This document shows positions 57,268 through 64,000 of a DNA stretch of 64,000 bases, one piece after another. The position numbers and the translations under genes are program-made. Origin of the DNA: a phage; assembly GCA_012646185.1 (NCBI GenBank), contig GCA_012646185.1_4706.1, one strand, 5' to 3'. The notes below the pieces were generated by a model. It was not told the origin of the DNA and did no database searches. It saw only the letters and a program-made list of their open reading frames with translations. Positions within the stretch are counted from its first letter, which is position 1. Each line of letters begins with the position of its first letter.

Positions 57268-57299
57268 CCCTCTCCCAACCCATCAGGGAAGGGAGAGGG
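57268..57299. terminator. conserved CT/GA hairpin (CCCTCTCCCAACCC-ATCA-GGGAAGGGAGAGGG)
   Basis: Directly downstream of the 57304..58671 stop. Confidence 0.6.
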
Positions 57300-57303
57300 A
57301 ATA

Positions 57304-58671
57304 TTAAACGGTTGGGCGAACGGTGTTGTCTTTTTCTGGTGCAAGCCATAACGTGACCGTACCATGGCATGTCCACTGTGGTTCACGTACAGAAGAACCT
57401 GCCATCGTAACAGCACAATCGGTACGCATGATAACCCCGTATGCTTCGCAGAGATTGTTATCCTGCATCCACACAACTTTAGCAGGCATGCCAGGATACA
57501 ACAAATCCATGTTTGCGTATTCCCACACCAACTGCATTGTTCTGCCGCGTAATCCAGCAGTATTACTTAATTCACGCCATCGGTTATCGGTTACGCGCCC
57601 CATCCCTTTCGCCACCTTCACGTTATCGCTACGTTCTTCAGTTACGTACTCGCTAACGTTTACGGTACGACTGATTATCGTATCACCCCCTTTTGATAAT
57701 GTCATTCCCTGACTCATCTGACTTGCCGAAACAAAACGCCCGCCCGCATTACCTAACAACGAAGCCGCGTTATTGATGTCGCTTACCGACGCCCCTCTCG
57801 TACATGCAATTTCCACGTATTTGTCACGATTGATCCAGGTCTTGTCCATGCCCGGAAACATATCGGCAGGATAGTTGTAAAAGATAGCCGTACGGCGGCC
57901 ATCAGAGAAACGGGTTTCGTCATAGAGAGGATAAATATACAGATACGGGGATTGATAATAACAACCGACATCCGCTGAATAAATACCGACCTGGTTCTGG
58001 ATTTTGTCTACGAGATCCATTGCGTTGGTACCGTGTGGAAGAATAAGCAACTTGAACAGGTTGTCGTTATTCGGTGCAACAATATCCACACCCTGCATTT
58101 TGAACCCGGTATCGGCTTCAACCGCAGAAAGTATCTTGCTGAATTCGAGCCGTAACACATCCAGCACTTTCGACCCGGTATAGTTTTCACCGGTTTCTGA
58201 TTGCATGAAGCTTTCAAGAACAGGATCGAACAGTTGAAATTGAAGATCGACCATTTGTTCGTAGTCTTTCTTCGAAGAATCGGTTGCGGTACGTTCGTCG
58301 TTAGCAGACATACGACTGTCTACGGTTGTTAAACAAACCGCCCGGTAGACGTAAGCTTGCGCAGCATCGTCTACGGTTTGGCGTTGTCCGCGCATCAGGC
58401 TGTACGCCTGCACGATGATGCGCATTTTAAGTTGTTGTTGGTATGGTAGAATGTATTTTCCGTAACTGCCCGGTGGGAACTTTACAGAAATATAAAGTTC
58501 ATCCCCTGCGTTACGTTCATAGTCTCGATACGTGTGGACTTGAGTCACTAAAGGAACAGACACCGTCATTGACGGCGTGATTAATTCCGCGGTGACTTTA
58601 TACGCAACAGCAACTGCTTCCTGCGCAAATGTACCGATATACCGTCCTAACGGCGTCTGTTTGTAATCCAT
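57304..58671 (-). CDS. hypothetical structural-module protein (455 aa)
   Basis: ATG start; tightly packed with neighbours. Confidence 0.6.
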   Translation of the reverse strand: MDYKQTPLGRYIGTFAQEAVAVAYKVTAELITPSMTVSVPLVTQVHTYRDYERNAGDELYISVKFPPGSYGKYILPYQQQLKMRIIVQAYSLMRGQRQTVDDAAQAYVYRAVCLTTVDSRMSANDERTATDSSKKDYEQMVDLQFQLFDPVLESFMQSETGENYTGSKVLDVLRLEFSKILSAVEADTGFKMQGVDIVAPNNDNLFKLLILPHGTNAMDLVDKIQNQVGIYSADVGCYYQSPYLYIYPLYDETRFSDGRRTAIFYNYPADMFPGMDKTWINRDKYVEIACTRGASVSDINNAASLLGNAGGRFVSASQMSQGMTLSKGGDTIISRTVNVSEYVTEERSDNVKVAKGMGRVTDNRWRELSNTAGLRGRTMQLVWEYANMDLLYPGMPAKVVWMQDNNLCEAYGVIMRTDCAVTMAGSSVREPQWTCHGTVTLWLAPEKDNTVRPTV

Positions 58672-58673
58672 GT

Positions 58674-59279
58674 TTAACGACCCCGTTGCTGTTGTTGAAT
58701 GATGAATTCTTCGATCTTCGTACCACGGAATTCGCTGTGACGAACCGCTTGCAGTTGCTCTTCAACGGTTGGGCCTGCGTTGAGACCGCCACGACGTGCG
58801 CGGTTGATGCCGATTTTACGACGCTGACCGATTTCACGTAAACGTGAAGATAATCCGCTCATTTCGGTTGGGTCTTTAATACGACCGCGTGCAACGTTCC
58901 ACAGACCACCCATGAACTCTTCGAGGATACGGCTGGCTTCGAGAGACGGTACGCGTGCGTTGGGATCGTTTTCGAGATTGTATTTAACGTATTCCGTGTG
59001 TTCCAGAAGAAGCATGAACATCTTCATGGCGTTCACGTCAGGATTTGCAATACGCATAGGGACACCACGAGAATGTTTTTCAGCAGCCTGCGGTACAGTG
59101 AGCTGTGCGGGCACCTCTTCGTTCATGGCCATATCGTCGATTTCTGCAACCCCTGAAGAGTAGACACCGCTGACTTCGTTGGTGTAGTTATCCACCATGA
59201 ATTTACGGGGAATCCAGAATTCGAATTTACGTTCAAATAGACGTTTGGTTGGGGTATCTTTAACGTGTTGTAGACTCAT
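58674..59279 (-). CDS. hypothetical protein (201 aa)
   Basis: ATG overlapping the upstream stop (ATGA). Confidence 0.6.
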   Translation of the reverse strand: MSLQHVKDTPTKRLFERKFEFWIPRKFMVDNYTNEVSGVYSSGVAEIDDMAMNEEVPAQLTVPQAAEKHSRGVPMRIANPDVNAMKMFMLLLEHTEYVKYNLENDPNARVPSLEASRILEEFMGGLWNVARGRIKDPTEMSGLSSRLREIGQRRKIGINRARRGGLNAGPTVEEQLQAVRHSEFRGTKIEEFIIQQQQRGR

Positions 59280-60592
59280 GGTTCAATAGCTCCTGCTCGT
59301 AACAGCATAATAACGAACGGTGTGAAATAATAACGATCTAGCGGAGAAAGCAACGGTATTGCGTCAACCATCTGTTTCAGTGCCGGATGGCTGATCGCTT
59401 TCTCATCGACCATATCACGTACCATACTCTCAATAATCGTCATTGGGGCTTGATTGCGGTAGAAAGCCTCTGTGAAAACATAGTACGGATCGTCCGCTAC
59501 CGATGGAAACAACGGAACGCCGTCATACTCCATCGATGTAAGGTTGGTCACCAACGGATTTGTCGGTGGTGTGTTTTCAGGTACAGCCAACTCTTTACCT
59601 ACGTCTTCACCGAGCGACGTGGTCGCAGGCCACATACAGAACCGCGCACCACTAAAACGAATCCCACCTGCAGCCGGGTACTGATAGAAACGCTTTGTTG
59701 ACAACAGTGTGAATTTCACCGTCAACCGTGCTTCGTCTTCCCGACGTCCGTCCATGACCCATTCAAAGACAGAAATCGCGTTCGCTTCCTGGCTGTCGTC
59801 TACGTTAAGGCGTCCGAAGTTCCATGAAGGTTTTCCTTCAAGCGACGACCATAATTTCGTAAACGCGTTAACGCACCAGGGATCGTAGGTTGCAGCATCT
59901 TGACCAGGAACAAGCAATGTGTTTAATTCACGGCTGTAGAATTCATGGTAGTACGCGTGACAAAGTCCCAGTGCACGACGGAGATAATCGTACTTACGAT
60001 TGTATTTCTCCGTTGCCATTACGGGATGTTTTCCGTGCTTTAACTGGTCTTGGTCGTACAGCGTATCCTCAACGATTTTCGCTTCCAGTTCGATAAGCTG
60101 TTTTTCGTCAAGAATACGTTGGAAGGAAATATCACATTCGTAAGCCGGTGCTAAGCTGATGTTCTTCGGCGTGATTCGGGTGATCGTGTACACCGCGATA
60201 CGATGATCGAGACCGGAGATTAACAGCATGTTACCTAAAAGAGGAACCGATACCGCCGGAAGTATACACGTACCCTCGGATTGAAAACGTGCGGTCCCGT
60301 TGTCGTACGACGGCGTCAATGACGACATTAACTTGATAGGGTAATGTCTGATGCGACGGTACTGCTGCTCGGCAATATCACGGTTAGCTTGAAAACTGCT
60401 TTGTTCATCATCACGACCGAGAATCTGTTCGTAATAATCACATTCTACGGAATAACCGGATGCGTAATTCACTAACCCGATTTGACTATTGTATTGCTCA
60501 TCCACCACTGCAGAACGATAAACATCGTCGCGAGCCTTCGCGGGTTGTTGGGGGTTGATGATGGGTTTCGCGGGCTTCTTAGCGAGCGCCAT
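59276..60592 (-). CDS. hypothetical protein (438 aa)
   Basis: ATG with AGGAGTG SD; 14-nt overlap with upstream gene. Confidence 0.6.
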   Translation of the reverse strand: MALAKKPAKPIINPQQPAKARDDVYRSAVVDEQYNSQIGLVNYASGYSVECDYYEQILGRDDEQSSFQANRDIAEQQYRRIRHYPIKLMSSLTPSYDNGTARFQSEGTCILPAVSVPLLGNMLLISGLDHRIAVYTITRITPKNISLAPAYECDISFQRILDEKQLIELEAKIVEDTLYDQDQLKHGKHPVMATEKYNRKYDYLRRALGLCHAYYHEFYSRELNTLLVPGQDAATYDPWCVNAFTKLWSSLEGKPSWNFGRLNVDDSQEANAISVFEWVMDGRREDEARLTVKFTLLSTKRFYQYPAAGGIRFSGARFCMWPATTSLGEDVGKELAVPENTPPTNPLVTNLTSMEYDGVPLFPSVADDPYYVFTEAFYRNQAPMTIIESMVRDMVDEKAISHPALKQMVDAIPLLSPLDRYYFTPFVIMLLRAGAIEP

Positions 60593-62144
60593 AGCGTTTC
60601 ACTCCTACGATGGTACCGACAAGAATTCTCGGTACGAATAAACTACGATGTTTGAACCATGAAGCGGTTGTTGGGATACGTTTGATGGCTTCGATAAGCC
60701 CGATTAGCGTATAGCATCCCCGACTGTTCTTCCTAGGCCAGTACTTTTTATCTAGACCTAATACTGCAAACAGTTCATCCACCAGATTGGGATAACAACA
60801 CAACGCTTCAAGTGTTTCAACCTGTAACTGACTTAAATCTAACAGTATCGCTAGACGAACGTGGTAATCACTCCGTAAGTCTAACGGATCTTTCGCTTCA
60901 AGATCACCAACGTCGGTTAATGTCCACGCGTCTCTTGCGTAGCGGTATTTGCCCTTCCAAACCTCAAGGAAAAAAGGAGATTGGTAGTGGCATTTTGACC
61001 ATTCTGGGTACTCACGGAACCACCGAACAAGATCGGGATGGAATTCACCTTCTTCGGCTAACGAGTCCAACGTCACCAATAGGTTAGGTTGTTCAGGATC
61101 GATGGCAAGCAGCGCGGTGAAAAGCGTGCTTGATGGAAGTTCGGTTTCCACGCTCGATGGCGGTAGCCATTCATCCAAATCAGGATACCGATACGCTTGA
61201 ATCGATGCGCCCTGTTCAGGCAAGAACGAATCACGAAGAATGTCCTGATACTGCACCACCATACCACCACGACGCGCACGGGATTTATCACGCACCGAAA
61301 GGCTCGGTTTGTAAAGGTACTCTTCGGGGAGTATCTGTTGGTGTACTTGAACCGGATACCGTGCTACGATGTGTGTTGGCGTGTCGTACGTGTAACGGTA
61401 AGAGAAGGTTGCGTTGTACGAAGAACTGTTCTCATTCTTCTCGGGTTTCGGAGCGTCGGTGAAATCAAATTGACCAGAGATCTCTTCTTGCATTTCCCTG
61501 ATAACCAATTTAACGCTCTTACCGTCACCGGCAACTGTCGTCATGGTGGTTGCACGGTTGTCGAACCCATCCCTAAGGTATTCGCTGAACTTATCCCCGT
61601 AACCCGCTATTGCTTCTCGGTGTGTATGAATAACTTTTAACAACATGAGAAACTGTGTTGGGATCGCATAGCTGTATTCGGCGCTAAGAAAGGCGGCAAC
61701 ATGCTGACTTGTGAGCAACCGTTTCATGTCGTACCACCAACGTTCGGCAGTGACCTGATCTTCGAACCGTTTGGTGATCTGCATGGTTGCAACCATCGTA
61801 CTGTAAACAGGTACCAGCGATACACCAAGGTTACGGTCTTCAAATACGGGAAGACTGTTTCGTTTGTAAACAGTATCGTACATAGAGGCCTGTTCTTCAG
61901 GGACAATGTTAAGCTCAATTTGGATAAACCCGTCAGCAGGCCCCTTTACATCCTGATCAACAACTTGCGGCGGTTGCTCGTTCGCAGCACTCATTTTAGC
62001 GTGAAGCGCTTCCCCTCGAAAAAGAATGTTCTCCCGACTATAATCCCACCCGCAAAGCTCGCTGATCTGCCGTAACACCGCGATTGCAACCGGACGTGTT
62101 ACCGTCGCGTATACGTCATTGATTTTTCGATCAAGTTTAGGCAT
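60579..62144 (-). CDS. hypothetical protein (521 aa)
   Basis: ATG at 62144 with GAGGA SD (track start 62171 is GTG with no usable SD). Confidence 0.55.
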   Translation of the reverse strand: MPKLDRKINDVYATVTRPVAIAVLRQISELCGWDYSRENILFRGEALHAKMSAANEQPPQVVDQDVKGPADGFIQIELNIVPEEQASMYDTVYKRNSLPVFEDRNLGVSLVPVYSTMVATMQITKRFEDQVTAERWWYDMKRLLTSQHVAAFLSAEYSYAIPTQFLMLLKVIHTHREAIAGYGDKFSEYLRDGFDNRATTMTTVAGDGKSVKLVIREMQEEISGQFDFTDAPKPEKNENSSSYNATFSYRYTYDTPTHIVARYPVQVHQQILPEEYLYKPSLSVRDKSRARRGGMVVQYQDILRDSFLPEQGASIQAYRYPDLDEWLPPSSVETELPSSTLFTALLAIDPEQPNLLVTLDSLAEEGEFHPDLVRWFREYPEWSKCHYQSPFFLEVWKGKYRYARDAWTLTDVGDLEAKDPLDLRSDYHVRLAILLDLSQLQVETLEALCCYPNLVDELFAVLGLDKKYWPRKNSRGCYTLIGLIEAIKRIPTTASWFKHRSLFVPRILVGTIVGVKRYGAR

Positions 62145-62520
62145 CGATGTCGTCCTCGCTAATTTCCTCACCTCCTTGTTGTCGATATCCGGTATAATGA
62201 ATCAGACTGCTCTGTAGAAGCTCTTTAACGAGCCCTAGACGCGTTTTATCTGTTTCATTGGACGTTTCCATTAATGTTTCTATTTCGTTGTTTAAAACAG
62301 CGTATAGCGCTTCTAACGGCAATCCTTGGATGATTGGTTTGATGGTACCTTCCGGTAGTGCCGCAACAGGAATCTGCACGACGGTTTCATGTGAGGTATG
62401 TGGGTTAATACGGCAAATATACATACCGGGTACTGAATGTCGCGGGCACGCCGCTACCAAGCATGTCTGTTGCTGCGCACCGTTAAGTGCGAGTGAGAGA
62501 AATTTTGCTTCACGTGTCAT
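62137..62520 (-). CDS. hypothetical protein (127 aa)
   Basis: ATG with AGGA SD. Confidence 0.5.
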   Translation of the reverse strand: MTREAKFLSLALNGAQQQTCLVAACPRHSVPGMYICRINPHTSHETVVQIPVAALPEGTIKPIIQGLPLEALYAVLNNEIETLMETSNETDKTRLGLVKELLQSSLIHYTGYRQQGGEEISEDDIDA

Positions 62521-62608
62521 CGCAGATTCCTGTTTGAAAGATAAGATATCACATGATGGTCGACAGCATAAAGCCCACCCCGAAGGGCGGGCTGTTTATG
62601 CGTACGGA

Positions 62609-64000
62609 TTACTTGTAGGCACCGCAATGGGCTTTGATGAGGAAAAGCACCGCTTGCATCGGTTTATTGAACTGTTGCCATAACGTCAATGCCGGATGGA
62701 ACAACCAATCTTCCAGACCAAGAACGATACCGTAGTTAACGACATTATTAACATCGTTCTCAACGTTGAGTTCGCTATCCAGGAATTTATCGATTGAACG
62801 CAGGGTCTGCATGGCGTTGTCAGCAATAAGCCAAGCTTCATGTGCTTCACGAGCCGCACGCAGCACTGCCTCCAGTTCGCTGATAGTAGCTACCGGTAAT
62901 TCCTCACTGGTGAGGTCGTCAGAAACCGTAAACTGGCGATTGATACCGGTGTAGATCCACTGCATCAGTTTCGCTGCTTCCTCGTTCGGGTTGTTACGCG
63001 TTGTCGCATAAGTCGCGCTCACCTTCACGATATGCGTTTCACCAAGATACGCTTTGGAACCAACACCTTTACGATCGCTGTCTTTCCACGGTTGTACGGT
63101 AGCGACCATGAGCTTATCCCATTTCTGAATAGGAATACGCTTCAGACCAACAACCGATCCAGCGGATGTTTCGGACTGGTTGCTCTTCCGCACGTCGCTG
63201 AGCTCACGATCGATAGCAACGATTAATTCACGCGTCATGTTACCAAGCATTTTGATTTCACCCAACGCAGCGATGAGCTTCTTCACGTCAGTAACAGGTT
63301 CACCACCGATGGTAAGATGACGGATGAAACGTTTCAGAATAATCCGTTCTGCTGCTGGGTTACCACGACGCGCTTTAGCCAACGCTTGCTGTGTTTCGGC
63401 GAACAGCTTATCCCATGGAGCCGTAGCGGCGGTATAGTAACGATGGTTGGTTTCGATCCAGTTACCGATACGGTTGACCGCGCTCTTAACGGTATCCATG
63501 AATCCTTCCATCGCAATTTCGGTAGCTTCGACGTTACCCTGGAAGTTATCAGGACCGATTTCGCGTGCCGCTACCAGAATACCTTCCACCGCACTCACCG
63601 CATGACGACCGATAGCCAGATTTCGCTGTGCTTCTTCAGCACGCTCAACGAATTCCACTACCGCAGGATCGTCAACGATTTCCGCCTCGGCAACAGCACG
63701 CGTACCCGCATCACCTTCCAGCGTTTCGATAGTGACAACCGGATCGTTTTCACCGGCAACATCCTGATACTCTTCCTGTTTGAGATCGCCGTTATCAGCC
63801 GCTGCGACAGCGGTGAGTATACGGACGGTAACATCACCGAGTTCTTTTGCAGCGAATCCGTAAACGGTGCATGCTGTTTTTGCAAAGTTCATTAGAATGC
63901 GTGTACGTTTAACGATGTAACCAACGCCGTAGTCACTACCGCTATTATCGATGTCACGGATTAACTGCTCAGCCGTTTCTTGAAGGATAGATACTGACTT
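62609..64000 (-). CDS. hypothetical protein, probably 5'-truncated by the window edge (427 aa or more)
   Basis: The ATG at 63892 has no SD and the reading frame stays open to the window end, so the true start is probably beyond 64000. Confidence 0.45.
   Translation of the reverse strand, partial: KSVSILQETAEQLIRDIDNSGSDYGVGYIVKRTRILMNFAKTACTVYGFAAKELGDVTVRILTAVAAADNGDLKQEEYQDVAGENDPVVTIETLEGDAGTRAVAEAEIVDDPAVVEFVERAEEAQRNLAIGRHAVSAVEGILVAAREIGPDNFQGNVEATEIAMEGFMDTVKSAVNRIGNWIETNHRYYTAATAPWDKLFAETQQALAKARRGNPAAERIILKRFIRHLTIGGEPVTDVKKLIAALGEIKMLGNMTRELIVAIDRELSDVRKSNQSETSAGSVVGLKRIPIQKWDKLMVATVQPWKDSDRKGVGSKAYLGETHIVKVSATYATTRNNPNEEAAKLMQWIYTGINRQFTVSDDLTSEELPVATISELEAVLRAAREAHEAWLIADNAMQTLRSIDKFLDSELNVENDVNNVVNYGIVLGLEDWLFHPALTLWQQFNKPMQAVLFLIKAHCGAYK

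Noticed and set aside
1-64000. tRNA, rRNA, integrase/transposase or other mobile-element signatures
   Set aside because: By-eye scan found no T-loop-like GGTTCGANTCC context outside coding sequence, no rRNA-like conserved blocks, and no recombinase or transposase motifs; manual scanning has limited sensitivity, so tRNAscan-type tools should confirm this.

Overview
This window reads as a densely packed segment of a large virulent tailed phage of an enterobacterial host (about 48% GC, Shine-Dalgarno-led genes, no integrase, tRNA, rRNA or CRISPR). From start to end it holds: (1) a recombination/nucleotide-metabolism block, mostly on the minus strand, with a UvsX/RecA-like recombinase, an RNase HI-domain fusion protein, thymidylate kinase, a RuvC-like resolvase and an SbcC/Rad50-like ATPase; (2) an eight-gene minus-strand operon of small unknown proteins; (3) an 848-bp AT-rich non-coding region; (4) a structural/lysis block with a GH108 endolysin, two repeat-containing tail fibre genes plus fibre-associated genes, a paralogous family of ~300-aa proteins, several very large proteins, and a 740-aa strongly codon-biased major structural protein. 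The most distinctive non-coding signals are a family of CT/GA-rich hairpins in at least 11 intergenic regions and a conserved 25-nt motif present four times, always upstream of minus-strand genes, that I interpret as a phage-specific promoter. The 740-aa structural protein and the TAYATTAC promoter core suggest a phiKZ-like jumbo phage, but no RNA polymerase subunit, tubulin or shell protein is identifiable here. Most proteins have no recognisable function. All coordinates were hand-counted; non-coding features may be off by 1-2 nt, and CDS coordinates include the stop codon.
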